In this document: piece by piece, positions 10,004 to 19,129 of the stretch | How positions within the stretch are numbered: position 1 is the first letter of the stretch | Layout: each line of letters starts with the position of its first letter | Virus record (IMG/VR): IMGVR_UViG_2576861234_000002 | From: an uncultured virus (IMG/VR IMGVR_UViG_2576861234_000002) | Taxonomy: Duplodnaviria; Heunggongvirae; Uroviricota; Caudoviricetes | Length of the DNA stretch: 30,922 bases | Direction: 5' to 3' (one strand) | The notes under the pieces: generated by a model | Databases searched by the model: none | The model's input: the letters and a program-made list of their open reading frames with translations, nothing else | Told to the model about the DNA's origin: nothing | Program-made: the position numbers and the translations under genes

Positions 10004-10600
10004 TTAATTTTGATTAACTAATTTTTCGAATGTCTCACGATCGTTCAAATACAATTCGTTACGTTCAGCGACACTCATGTTGTCAAACTTTTCTTTCGTT
10101 ACACCTAAGTTCGGATTACCTCCGTCTTGTGGTGTTTTACCTGTCGGCTTAGACGGCGCAAATAAATAAGGCTTAGACTCTTTAAGCGTTTCAATCGCTT
10201 TGTCTAAACCTTTTACAGTGCCGTCGTCTGCTAATTCCAATTCATCTTTATTGATGAATGCTAGAATGTCGTTAGCATCATTCGCTTCTTTAGCAACCGC
10301 TAACTTAACTGCGTTATTAAGTTGTGTTTCTTTATACTTTGTCTCCCACTCTGAATTTTGATTCTTTAATTCTTCGAGTTCTTTTTGAATCTCGCTATCA
10401 TCTTTAACAGAGTCTTGCAATTTGACAATTTGTTCATCACGTTTAGAAATCTCTTCTTTCAACTCTTCAATTTCGGTATTCTTGTCGTTCAGTCTCGAAC
10501 GTGGTACCATTCCCGATTTTGATTCGTCAATCGCATCAATTACCTTCTGCTTGTCGATTTCTCCGTCTTTAAATTGTCCTAACAATGTGTATAAATCCAT
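10004..10600 (-). CDS. Capsid scaffolding protein (phage GP20 family)
   Basis: VPRSRL + coiled coil + LKESKPYLF; immediately upstream of the capsid gene. Confidence 0.88.
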   Translation of the reverse strand: MDLYTLLGQFKDGEIDKQKVIDAIDESKSGMVPRSRLNDKNTEIEELKEEISKRDEQIVKLQDSVKDDSEIQKELEELKNQNSEWETKYKETQLNNAVKLAVAKEANDANDILAFINKDELELADDGTVKGLDKAIETLKESKPYLFAPSKPTGKTPQDGGNPNLGVTKEKFDNMSVAERNELYLNDRETFEKLVNQN

Positions 10601-10697
10601 TTAAACTACTCCTTTTTACGAGTTTTACGTGCAACGCCACGAAGAATTTTGGTATAAAAAGAAGCAGTTTAACGACATGCTAAGGTCGAGTAGTAAA

Positions 10698-11660
10698 CTA
10701 CTTTCTTTTACGTTTATATTTCTCCCACTCACGATAAGTCATTTGTGGTATTACTTCGGTTGTGCCATCATCTTTACGTACTCGTGTTGTACTAGGCAAA
10801 TCATCTTCATCAATGTAATACATAAGCTTACAACGACAGTTAATGTTTTCTTTCGCACTATTCACACCAACAAACAACTTAGGTGCCTGTCCAACACAAC
10901 CGCTCGACTTGAACGGTTCGTCTATTTTCTTTTTAGCACCGTCTAGATGCCTGTGTGTGTCTCTTGTACGTGTATCTTTAGTAGCTTGCCAATACTTATA
11001 CATCTGTAAGCCATTCTTTTGAGCTACTAATGCACTATCAAGTCCAGCTTGCGACATCGCTCTACCCGCTTCTGTACGTGCTACACGCAACGATTGAGCT
11101 TTAGACATACCAATATCATCACGGATTGCTTTCGCTATCTTAGAGTAGCCCTCTCCGCTCATAATGCCTTGTGTGATATGTAAGCGTATCTTTTTCAGCA
11201 CTTCATCACGATGCTTCTGTAGCGTCGGTACTAATCGAATGAACTCAATAGGTTGTTCAATAGCTGATGTGATAACTTCTTTGCTAGGAACATCAAACTG
11301 CATAGATGTTTGACTCGCCGTCTCATATAAATAAAGGCTCATAAGGAACTTTTCTATATAAGCATCTTCCTGCGACTTCTGAATCATCTTAGCTATTTGC
11401 CTGTAATCATCAGTCAGCATAGTACCTATACGAGTTAGCTCCTTATTGAGCCTGTTATATTTATTAAATTCAGTCCATGTAACATACACATCATCACTTT
11501 GATACTTCTCAAACATATCTGCGATGATTTGTTTTATCTCTTTAAGTCGATTAGCAAATAGTTGTTCTATAGGCTTCTCAGCTTTAGAGATTAGACTGTC
11601 GATATACTCATCAATATCATTCTGATTCTTTATTGTTAGATCTTTCTTGTTGTTGGGCAC
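10698..11660 (-). CDS. Minor head morphogenesis protein (SPP1 gp7/Mu gpF family)
   Basis: RVARTE, W.ATKDTRTRDTHRHLDG, INCRC motifs; GTG at 11660 after GGAGGT (start uncertain). Confidence 0.9.
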   Translation of the reverse strand: MPNNKKDLTIKNQNDIDEYIDSLISKAEKPIEQLFANRLKEIKQIIADMFEKYQSDDVYVTWTEFNKYNRLNKELTRIGTMLTDDYRQIAKMIQKSQEDAYIEKFLMSLYLYETASQTSMQFDVPSKEVITSAIEQPIEFIRLVPTLQKHRDEVLKKIRLHITQGIMSGEGYSKIAKAIRDDIGMSKAQSLRVARTEAGRAMSQAGLDSALVAQKNGLQMYKYWQATKDTRTRDTHRHLDGAKKKIDEPFKSSGCVGQAPKLFVGVNSAKENINCRCKLMYYIDEDDLPSTTRVRKDDGTTEVIPQMTYREWEKYKRKRK

Positions 11661-13035
11661 CGTCAGCACCTCCGTCATCTAAATTAGGCAGTTGCTTGTT
11701 GTACTCCATTTGTTCTTGTTCTATTCGTTCGAGTTCTGCTTGCAAATCTTCGACAAACGGGTGATTTTCTAGTACTGTTTCATGGCTTACAATTCCCATA
11801 GATTGTTGAGCTGTTTGTACTTGTAATTCTGTGTTCGCTACTTTGTTGTAGTTGAAACTAATATCGACATCTTTATGTTCTCCTTTGATGTCGAAGTGCT
11901 CAAACACAAACCAAAGTAACTCCTGTATAGCAACTTTAGCTTTACGCGCTAACTTATCTGCTTTCAAGTTTAAGTTAGTATATAGAAACTCTAACGCAAC
12001 CCCACTTGGAGCAGAACCGAATTTATCAGAACTAAAGTCAACCGCTTGACCAAACAACATTATTTTTTGATATAACTCATCTAAATACTTTTTACTGTTT
12101 TCAACTGGTACTTCTACCTGTATTGTGTCGACACCCCCGTTATCCGATACTTTTATCGCCCCGTAATAACGTAGTAACCGTTTGAATTCTGGCAACTCTT
12201 GTTCATCATAGTTCTTTAATACATACGTTAATTCGTTTGAATCTTTAAAAGTATTGGATAAATCAGATAATCGCCTGTTATACGCATCAATCAATGTTTT
12301 ATACATAAATATATCTGACATTTCTAAGTCATTATTTTTGAATGGAATAAATGGAATCTTACCCCACGACCCTGTACTAAAATGCGTTTTTGAATTCTCC
12401 AAATTGTTAGAGTAATCCGGAATAAGCGAGCCATTTTCATAAACGTAGTAATTAACCGTTATTTTATCCCAGTATTCAACTTTAGTTTCATTTTCCAATT
12501 TATACATCCTGATAAACGCCTCTAATTCTTCGTGCTCTTTATCAGTCCATATAGGAATACCTTGTTCTGCTGGTACTCTAAATAACTTGAATTCTCCATC
12601 TTCATCAAGGTAAGGATGCAACCATTCAATACCTTTATTGCTAGCTCCTGTTAGTACACTGTGTAACTTATCATCGAATCTATTGCCTAAAACTTCATCA
12701 ATACGTTTAACTACTTCATCATCTGTATGTTTAAAAGCGATAGGCTTACCTACAATATAAGAAACTTTTTGATCTACTAGGTTAGCATGGAAGTTGGTAA
12801 TCATTCTGTCATCTGGTTTCAATGGGTCAACTGCTCCTGTAGCATCAACCGGCTTAGGTTCCTTTACAATATCAGGTCGTTGCTCATAATATTCTTGACC
12901 TATTGAGATTTCAGGTAACTTTTCTAAATGTTGTTTTATATATCTGACAATCATTTCTTCCAGTGTTTCTGGCTTATTGTTAGTCCTCACAATATCATCA
13001 AATATTTCTGTTTGTGTTGGTTGGCTAGGGTACAA
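11617..13035 (-). CDS. Portal protein (SPP1 gp6-like)
   Basis: LIDAYN...SD..N and SGVALEF motifs; TTG at 13035 after AAAGGAGG. Confidence 0.93.
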   Translation of the reverse strand: MYPSQPTQTEIFDDIVRTNNKPETLEEMIVRYIKQHLEKLPEISIGQEYYEQRPDIVKEPKPVDATGAVDPLKPDDRMITNFHANLVDQKVSYIVGKPIAFKHTDDEVVKRIDEVLGNRFDDKLHSVLTGASNKGIEWLHPYLDEDGEFKLFRVPAEQGIPIWTDKEHEELEAFIRMYKLENETKVEYWDKITVNYYVYENGSLIPDYSNNLENSKTHFSTGSWGKIPFIPFKNNDLEMSDIFMYKTLIDAYNRRLSDLSNTFKDSNELTYVLKNYDEQELPEFKRLLRYYGAIKVSDNGGVDTIQVEVPVENSKKYLDELYQKIMLFGQAVDFSSDKFGSAPSGVALEFLYTNLNLKADKLARKAKVAIQELLWFVFEHFDIKGEHKDVDISFNYNKVANTELQVQTAQQSMGIVSHETVLENHPFVEDLQAELERIEQEQMEYNKQLPNLDDGGADGAQQQERSNNKESE

Positions 13036-13048
13036 AATATTACCTCCT

Positions 13049-14257
13049 TTAATTAAAGCCTGTGCCACTTGGCTTATTAGCTGTATAAACTGCATATCTT
13101 AACGCATCTAATGTGTCATCGTTTAATTTAACTGGTTCGTCTGCATTATCTTTCCAAACGTAGTTGTATATTTCTTCTTTAAACAAACTAACTTTTTCTT
13201 TGATAATGAATATTTTATTTAACTTGAATAACCTAGAAATAACTTCGATGCCAGCAATAACGGCTTTGTCAGCATACCTTGCTTTTATCTTCTCTCTTCT
13301 AAATCGTTCAATATGTTCAGGTCTAGCTGTATCACAATAAAAAAGAATATCGCCATGCCTTTTTATAACTCCTTTTGCAATAGCTACCCAGTCATCTATT
13401 TCTTTATGTCTGTGTGCGTGTTCTTCAATAACGTACTTGTTTCCGTCGAAGTCTTCCGCTACAACCATAATAGAACCATAATGCTCATATCCCCAGTCGA
13501 CGCCTGCATATTTCCTTTTTATTTGTTTAGTTTTAAATTCTTCTCCTGTGATGTAATGAACTTTTTCTTTGAAATCTTTATATACAACACCCTCAGCAGA
13601 AACCCACTTACCATAAATGTCACGATCTGTGAACATTCCTGTTGGTGTACTCGCTATAATCGATTCAATATATTCTTCATCTAAAAATGTATTGTCGAAC
13701 AAAGTAAATTGAAATGCTTTGATATTTAGTCTTCCATTCGATAACCGTTGTCCACTCTTATCAATGTAATCTTTTTTAACTGGATGCATTGGGTTTTCGG
13801 GGTTTGTATCAATTAATATTCTCGCGCCTTTGTAACTACAACGCGAGAACACTTCTTTAATAAACATATTGTGTAATGCTGTTCCCTCGTTTAAAAAAGC
13901 ACCTGCTGAAGTAAAACCACGCGCTTTTTTCCATGCATCCGAGTTTTGTCCGTCGAATACATACACTTTATTACCGAATATTTTGACTGCGTTAGATTTG
14001 TCGAGTGTTAACTCTCTACCTAGTATTAACTCCATATCATCTAGTATATTACGTCTTATAGATGCTTGTGTTGCTCCTCCAATAATGAAGTTAAGCCCCT
14101 TGTCTTTATAAGTAGCTATATGCATTAAAAAAAGTAGGATAAACACATATGTTTTACCTGCCCTTTTTGCACCACTCGCTATTAACACTTTGGGTTTATC
14201 GTTTATAAAGCAGTTCCAGACTTCTTGTTGTTTCGGGTTTAACATTTCATTAATCAT
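13049..14257 (-). CDS. terL: Terminase large subunit (PBSX family)
   Basis: Walker A GAKRAGKT, DTNP, GVDWG and DDTLDALRYA nuclease motifs. Confidence 0.95.
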   Translation of the reverse strand: MINEMLNPKQQEVWNCFINDKPKVLIASGAKRAGKTYVFILLFLMHIATYKDKGLNFIIGGATQASIRRNILDDMELILGRELTLDKSNAVKIFGNKVYVFDGQNSDAWKKARGFTSAGAFLNEGTALHNMFIKEVFSRCSYKGARILIDTNPENPMHPVKKDYIDKSGQRLSNGRLNIKAFQFTLFDNTFLDEEYIESIIASTPTGMFTDRDIYGKWVSAEGVVYKDFKEKVHYITGEEFKTKQIKRKYAGVDWGYEHYGSIMVVAEDFDGNKYVIEEHAHRHKEIDDWVAIAKGVIKRHGDILFYCDTARPEHIERFRREKIKARYADKAVIAGIEVISRLFKLNKIFIIKEKVSLFKEEIYNYVWKDNADEPVKLNDDTLDALRYAVYTANKPSGTGFN

Positions 14258-14744
14258 TATTAACACCCGCTAACTTAATAAGTGCTTTAGCAACTTCTGC
14301 TTCTTGTGAATTGTTTTCTGTTTTATCCATCTGGTCGATTTTTTTCTCAAGCATCTTAATTTCAGTTTCAATCTTTTTGTTAGTCAGCACTTCATTTCCT
14401 AACGTCATTCTATTCATGCCGTCCAAACTAGCGAGGAATGCATCAGCTGTCGCTTTCTTTACTCCCTCTACTTCAATATCGTTCTTCGCTGTATTCTTTA
14501 ACCACTCATACTCTTCAAAAGCCTTTTGGCGTGTCCATTTTGATTGTTCAGCTACTTCTTGACGCAATTTTTCGTACCTTCCGGAAACCTTCCGATTTTT
14601 AAAAAGTGTACTCGCTTCTTTATCTAGATATTCCCCACTCTTACCTTTAGTCGAATACCCTGCGTCAATATATGCTTTCCGTTGGCTCTTGCCCTCTATG
14701 AGTCCTAGCACAAACTTTTCTTGCTTCGGTGTTAATTTAATCAA
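14250..14744 (-). CDS. terS: Terminase small subunit (probably headful/pac type)
   Basis: LTPKQEKFV...AYIDAGYS HTH; first late gene; overlaps terL. Confidence 0.93.
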   Translation of the reverse strand: MIKLTPKQEKFVLGLIEGKSQRKAYIDAGYSTKGKSGEYLDKEASTLFKNRKVSGRYEKLRQEVAEQSKWTRQKAFEEYEWLKNTAKNDIEVEGVKKATADAFLASLDGMNRMTLGNEVLTNKKIETEIKMLEKKIDQMDKTENNSQEAEVAKALIKLAGVNND

Positions 14745-15019
14745 TTGTTTTCACTGTATCACACGCCTTTACGTTAATTACTCTTGTTATTTTTTAAATA
14801 TAAAAATGCCCCTACATCTCGTGCAGGAGCTACGTTCAATAAATGTGAAAGGAGGAAAATAGTTATGACTCAAAATGCAAGAATTAAACTACCCACCATA
14901 TAGGCAGGTAGTAAGTGATTAATAGCGTAACATATCAATTTTTATATGTTTGTCACTTCTCAATCACATCGATGAGAACATCTAATGTGGCTATTACCCC
15001 ACGTCTTAAGATAATTCTT

Positions 15020-15075
15020 ACAATATCATAATATCTCGTTTTAGGTGTCAAAAACTGTCATTTTACTGTCAATTT
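15020..15075 (-). promoter_or_regulatory. Probable RinA-dependent late promoter/RinA-binding repeats
   Basis: Three TGACA direct repeats on - (tgtca at 15046, 15056, 15067 on +) at 10-11 bp spacing directly after the rinA stop; RinA is known to activate a terS promoter in this position. Confidence 0.65.
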
Positions 15076-15497
15076 TAGTATTCTCCTAATTCTTCGGCTA
15101 GTTTAGACACTATTTTCTTCTTGATTCTATGCGCTGTACTTTCAGAGATGTGTATGTCATAGCAAACCGCAATTAAAGTCTTTTTATTAAAATAATACTC
15201 TTGAATGAATTCACGTTCTTTCCTGCTTGATGTGTTGATTATACGTTCAATCGCACTCTTAAACTCAAGGATTTTACCTCTTCGTATACTACAAAGATAA
15301 TTAGTTACTGCCATTTCTGTTTTCGATGTATTAGATGGTACAAACTCCCCGCCTATATTTGTATCTGTTGGAATCCACGGTGTCATTATTTCACTTCTTA
15401 AATCTTCGAGTTGCTTATGATAATTAGGATAATCACACAACTCATCTTCTAACTTTCGAACTGTTGATAATTTTAATCCGTATTTCTTTTTAGTCAT
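15075..15497 (-). CDS. rinA: RinA late-gene transcriptional activator
   Basis: LEDELCDYP...; C-terminal HTH HISESTAHRIKKKIVSKLAEELG; just upstream of terS. Confidence 0.9.
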   Translation of the reverse strand: MTKKKYGLKLSTVRKLEDELCDYPNYHKQLEDLRSEIMTPWIPTDTNIGGEFVPSNTSKTEMAVTNYLCSIRRGKILEFKSAIERIINTSSRKEREFIQEYYFNKKTLIAVCYDIHISESTAHRIKKKIVSKLAEELGEY

Positions 15498-15520
15498 GAA
15501 TACCCTCCGTACAAATATGT

Positions 15521-15667
15521 TTAATCTTCAAAGTGTCTCAATCTACTTCTTAATATCTCTATCTCTCGCTCTTTAACTTTCACATCACCTTTTATCTGTT
15601 CCGCTTGCAACATCACACCAAACAATAAGATGACTAGTAATATAATTGCTATGACTAACCACATCAT
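15521..15667 (-). CDS. Small membrane-anchored phage protein, 48 aa (MMWLVIAIILLVILLFGVMLQAEQ...RHFED)
   Basis: Read from sequence; ATG directly after the rinB stop; N-terminal hydrophobic helix. Confidence 0.75.
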   Translation of the reverse strand: MMWLVIAIILLVILLFGVMLQAEQIKGDVKVKEREIEILRSRLRHFED

Positions 15668-15844
15668 CTACTCCGACACCTCCGCCCTCATCAAATCTGA
15701 CTGATCGCTCAACTTAGCGTAATCACTCGGCGCCTCTACATCATCATTAGCCGTCATCATAATATATACTTGCTCAGTTACATACTTACCTAGCTCATAC
15801 ATCGCTAGTAAGAATAATAGTCTCAAAATTTCTTTAACCACCAC
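15668..15844 (-). CDS. rinB: RinB family protein
   Basis: ILRLLFLLAMYELGKYVTEQVYIMMTANDDVEAPSDY; GTG start overlapping the upstream TAG. Confidence 0.88.
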   Translation of the reverse strand: MVVKEILRLLFLLAMYELGKYVTEQVYIMMTANDDVEAPSDYAKLSDQSDLMRAEVSE

Positions 15845-16044
15845 TAAACACCCCATGTTAATTTATCGATAATTTGTATAGCTTGTTTTAATGCGTCTCT
15901 TTTTTCTTCGATATCTCTATTATCGCCATCTTCATCAGCTGACATTAACTCACTGTCATATTCATATAATAGTTCTGATATTTCATTACTAGCTACTACT
16001 AATAAGTTTTCATCTACATCAATCGTTACCGTTTTCTTTGGCAT
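15844..16044 (-). CDS. Conserved staphylococcal phage hypothetical protein (MPKKTVTIDVDENLL...)
   Basis: ORF packed between neighbours, with RBS. Confidence 0.7.
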   Translation of the reverse strand: MPKKTVTIDVDENLLVVASNEISELLYEYDSELMSADEDGDNRDIEEKRDALKQAIQIIDKLTWGV

Positions 16045-16204
16045 CTCCATCTCTCCTTATTTTAACTTGTGCCTCGTACTTCTCTTTCGCTTCTTCTTTA
16101 CTCTCTGCCTCAACAACTGTAAATGTCTGATTATCTCTAGCCACCACAATATGTTCATGTGGTAATCCTGTTGAATCTTTGAATGTTGTGACCAAGTATT
16201 GCAT
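16019..16204 (-). CDS. DUF1381 family protein
   Basis: QYLVTTFKDSTG...ARDNQTFTVVEAESKEEAKEKY. Confidence 0.85.
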   Translation of the reverse strand: MQYLVTTFKDSTGLPHEHIVVARDNQTFTVVEAESKEEAKEKYEAQVKIRRDGDAKENGND

Positions 16205-16404
16205 TAATCTATTACCTCATGCGTAATTGTGTAATATAATGTTTTTCCGCCTGATTTTCTAGCAACATTACTAGCTTCTTTAGCATCCAAATATTTCGAC
16301 GCATTCATAACATCATCAGTGAAGTAATATCCGGCATGACGACTTTTATATAAATAAATTCCTTTATTAACCTCTACAACATAATATTTTTCTTTCTTCT
16401 TCAC
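16204..16404 (-). CDS. Hypothetical 66-aa protein between dut and DUF1381
   Basis: AAGGAGG RBS then GTG at 16404; TAATG overlap with the next gene. Confidence 0.75.
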   Translation of the reverse strand: MKKKEKYYVVEVNKGIYLYKSRHAGYYFTDDVMNASKYLDAKEASNVARKSGGKTLYYTITHEVID

Positions 16405-16440
16405 TTCCCTAAAACCTCCTTGACCCGATCTAAGATGTCT

Positions 16441-16968
16441 TTACACTCCGCTACTTCCGAAGCCTTTTGCTCCACGTTCTGAAACACTCTCGAATTCCTC
16501 CACTTGCTTTAGTTCAGGTGTCCATATAGGTACGATAACCAGTTGTGCTAGTTTGTCGCCTTTATATATTTCGTAATAATCATTTATAGTAAAAGGTTTT
16601 TTCTTAGCATTATTTACAAAAGAATTTTCCATTTCTCCTTGTATATCAAAACACTGTTCGTTAGTTGTTAAATATACTTGTGCATCATTCTTGATATTAA
16701 TCCCTAAATTGCCATGATATCCCGCATCTATCTTGCCTGTTTCAATCACTAAATGTGTTTTACTACTTACACCACTACGGCTAGTTAACAGCCCGACATA
16801 GCCCTCTGGTATGCTTACGGCTACATCTGTTTTGATCACTGCCTTTTCTTGTGGCTCGAGTACGACGGTTTCGGCTGAGAATATGTCATAACCTGCATCC
16901 GTCTTATGATTTCGTTCGGGCATTCTAGCGTCTTTTGATAATAGTTTCACTTGTAATATGTTAGTCAT
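16441..16968 (-). CDS. dut: Trimeric dUTPase with phage-specific variable insertion (motif VI)
   Basis: AGYDI, RSG, GKIDAGYHG, GDKLAQL, RGAKGFGSSG motifs. Confidence 0.97.
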   Translation of the reverse strand: MTNILQVKLLSKDARMPERNHKTDAGYDIFSAETVVLEPQEKAVIKTDVAVSIPEGYVGLLTSRSGVSSKTHLVIETGKIDAGYHGNLGINIKNDAQVYLTTNEQCFDIQGEMENSFVNNAKKKPFTINDYYEIYKGDKLAQLVIVPIWTPELKQVEEFESVSERGAKGFGSSGV

Positions 16969-17131
16969 TTTCCTGTGCCTCCTCTACATTAATTTCATAC
17001 TCATCACAATCAAATGGCGCTTCCAATCTCGCAATAACATCCGCCTCAAATTCTGCTTCTTCTAAACTTTCAGCCTCGATAGTCTCTTCAATCATGCCGG
17101 TATATGTGATTTGAACATTAAATTTCTTCAT
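16961..17131 (-). CDS. Small acidic hypothetical protein (MKKFNVQITYTG...)
   Basis: GGAG RBS; overlaps both neighbours. Confidence 0.7.
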   Translation of the reverse strand: MKKFNVQITYTGMIEETIEAESLEEAEFEADVIARLEAPFDCDEYEINVEEAQEND

Positions 17132-17372
17132 TTTCCTGCTCCTCCTCATATTTATAGACCACTTGCCCCGTCATAATCCCTACTGCTTCATCAAGACCAA
17201 TATCTTCTTTGAGTGCATCTTGCATAGCATTAGGTAAACCATCAAGTATTTCATCAAACGCTTGTGCTTTCTTATACACGTCCTCAATCTCTTTTAGCAA
17301 TCCCTCTGTGTCATTGCCGTTATACGCACTAGCACTTATAACGGACTGTTCAATTTGTTCGCGGTTATTCAT
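17118..17372 (-). CDS. DUF1024 family protein
   Basis: MNNREQIEQSVISASAYNGNDTEGLLKEIEDVYKKAQAFDEI. Confidence 0.85.
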   Translation of the reverse strand: MNNREQIEQSVISASAYNGNDTEGLLKEIEDVYKKAQAFDEILDGLPNAMQDALKEDIGLDEAVGIMTGQVVYKYEEEQENEEI

Positions 17373-17628
17373 TAGTGTCTTCCTCCATAAAAATTTTATT
17401 GTTTAATTCCATTCCAAATTTAACTCTTTCATCATCGTTGCCGAATTCGTTTATTAAATCTTTTTCAACGCTCTTGCAATACCTATCCCATGCGCTCGCT
17501 TTCTTCTCCAGCTCTTTGTTGCGTTCTCGTAACTTAGCTATATCCCCGATAAGCTCATCACGTTGTTTTCTCATCTTCTTCAACATAGCTTCCATTACAC
17601 CTAGTTGGAGCCCTGTTTCATAGTTCAT
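17365..17628 (-). CDS. Coiled-coil hypothetical phage protein
   Basis: Translationally coupled ORF; KQRDELIGDIAKLRERNKELE. Confidence 0.75.
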   Translation of the reverse strand: MNYETGLQLGVMEAMLKKMRKQRDELIGDIAKLRERNKELEKKASAWDRYCKSVEKDLINEFGNDDERVKFGMELNNKIFMEEDTNE

Positions 17629-18035
17629 TTGACCAATCTCCCATCTTTCCAGATTAACGTCATAGTTAGGTCATCGTTTAAGATATAGAATGCTTTGATA
17701 GGGAAACAATGTTCATCTAAACGTTTGTTTATACTAATATTAGCGTGTGATATAGCGGTATAATCTCCTTCTTGAAACTCGTACACTTCAAACAACTTAT
17801 CAAATACCGTTTCTTCTGTGATTTCCTCTTCATATTCGACTTCGAAAAGAGCATCAAGTGGCACACAGACTGATGGCGTACAATCATTTGTGTCCTTTTG
17901 AAAACGAACGATGCCATCGCCGTTACCTGTTGTAAAAAATTTTTTGCCCTTTGATAACCCTGGATTTTCTCGCGCCCACTTAATTAATTCATCTAGTTTC
18001 ATTTCTTTTTTTACTTTGATTTTCATCATTTCCAT
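17625..18035 (-). CDS. Conserved staphylococcal phage protein (phiPVL orf52-like)
   Basis: KVKKEMKLDELIKWAREN...LNDDLTMTLIWKDG. Confidence 0.75.
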   Translation of the reverse strand: MEMMKIKVKKEMKLDELIKWARENPGLSKGKKFFTTGNGDGIVRFQKDTNDCTPSVCVPLDALFEVEYEEEITEETVFDKLFEVYEFQEGDYTAISHANISINKRLDEHCFPIKAFYILNDDLTMTLIWKDGRLVK

Positions 18036-18040
18036 CTCCT

Positions 18041-18292
18041 CTAAAATAAAGTTAGTTCCTTCTGTTCCTCATATTTCAAACCATGTTGCTTTATATACGT
18101 TTCTAGCTCTTCGGCTGAATCAAATGTCTTTTTCACACCTTGCCAACCTGGTACGATATGCCCGTGAAAGTAATGAGTGCCGTTTACTTCGTGGATATGA
18201 GCCACTCGCTCGTTATCCTGATACAGATATCTCTTAGAGCCGAAAAAATGTTTTAAGTATTCTTTACGTGCGCTATCGTTCATGGTCATCAC
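18041..18292 (-). CDS. Phage_Orf51 (phiPVL orf51-like) protein
   Basis: FFGSKRYLYQDNERVAHIH...HIVPGWQGVKKTFD; start uncertain. Confidence 0.82.
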   Translation of the reverse strand: MMTMNDSARKEYLKHFFGSKRYLYQDNERVAHIHEVNGTHYFHGHIVPGWQGVKKTFDSAEELETYIKQHGLKYEEQKELTLF

Positions 18293-18297
18293 TCCTT

Positions 18298-18498
18298 TTA
18301 AAAATTAGGCAGACCAAACGACATGCATTCGTCGTATAGCTCTTCGTTCCTTATACTTGTCTTATAGTTTTCAATCACATTGCTAACTTCTTTATGACTC
18401 ATTGCTTTAACTTGTTCGTCTGTATATTTTTCGCACTCTTCCAATTCCAGTTGCTCCTGTAATGACATCACATATTCAACTTGTTTTTGGGTTGCCAT
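18298..18498 (-). CDS. Hypothetical protein (MATQKQVEYVMSL...)
   Basis: GGAGG RBS before ATG 18498. Confidence 0.75.
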   Translation of the reverse strand: MATQKQVEYVMSLQEQLELEECEKYTDEQVKAMSHKEVSNVIENYKTSIRNEELYDECMSFGLPNF

Positions 18499-18500
18499 CG

Positions 18501-18758
18501 TTAACCCTCCCACAAATCAAACACTCTATCGACGTAAAACTTCGCCTTTGCTAAATCCTCGTGTCCGTTTTTCAACGGCGCTCTAGACAAGTATTTGATT
18601 GCATTACCTATTGCAAATGCTAATTGTGGTGGGTACTGTGCCGTAACTTGTTCGATAAAATCTATAATTTCAATATCTCCGTATGTGTAATGTGCTGGTT
18701 GCTTAACATTGTCTTGTATTTCATTCATATCTACTTTTCTGTTACTGATTATGCTCAT
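18501..18758 (-). CDS. DUF3310 family protein
   Basis: DNVKQPAHY, GNAIKYLSRA..KNG.EDL.KA.FY. Confidence 0.88.
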   Translation of the reverse strand: MSIISNRKVDMNEIQDNVKQPAHYTYGDIEIIDFIEQVTAQYPPQLAFAIGNAIKYLSRAPLKNGHEDLAKAKFYVDRVFDLWEG

Positions 18759-19129
18759 TAAGCTTCACTCCATTTCTTGAACATTTGGTTATAAGTGACA
18801 TCGAACCAGTACGGATCACGTGAATGTTTCTGTGGTACATTAAACAAGTGTGGCTTCTTTCTTCTTAGCTCAGCCTCTCTCTTTCTCTCTCTTTCCAATT
18901 TGCGTTCGAGTCTAGCTTGTTCCAGTCTTTCTATTGTTTTCTTTTCTCTGTACTCACTTAAACGCGTACCTTCTGGTGCGTCCATTGCTTCATGTAGTTC
19001 CCAACCGTCTTTTACTCTTTTAGAAACCATTCCAGGTGTTATACCGTGACTTTCTATTAATTCCATTTCAAATTTACTGAACCTATAAGGTTTATCATGT
19101 ATCCTTACAATTCTTGCTGTTTTCGCCAT
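18758..19129 (-). CDS. PVL ORF50-like (SA1788 family) protein
   Basis: RVKDGWELHEA...LRRKKPHLFNVPQKH. Confidence 0.85.
   Translation of the reverse strand: MAKTARIVRIHDKPYRFSKFEMELIESHGITPGMVSKRVKDGWELHEAMDAPEGTRLSEYREKKTIERLEQARLERKLERERKREAELRRKKPHLFNVPQKHSRDPYWFDVTYNQMFKKWSEA

Noticed and set aside
10629..10946. 105-aa + strand ORF antisense to the minor head gene
   Set aside because: No RBS, atypical composition, overlaps a clear gene and the scaffold leader
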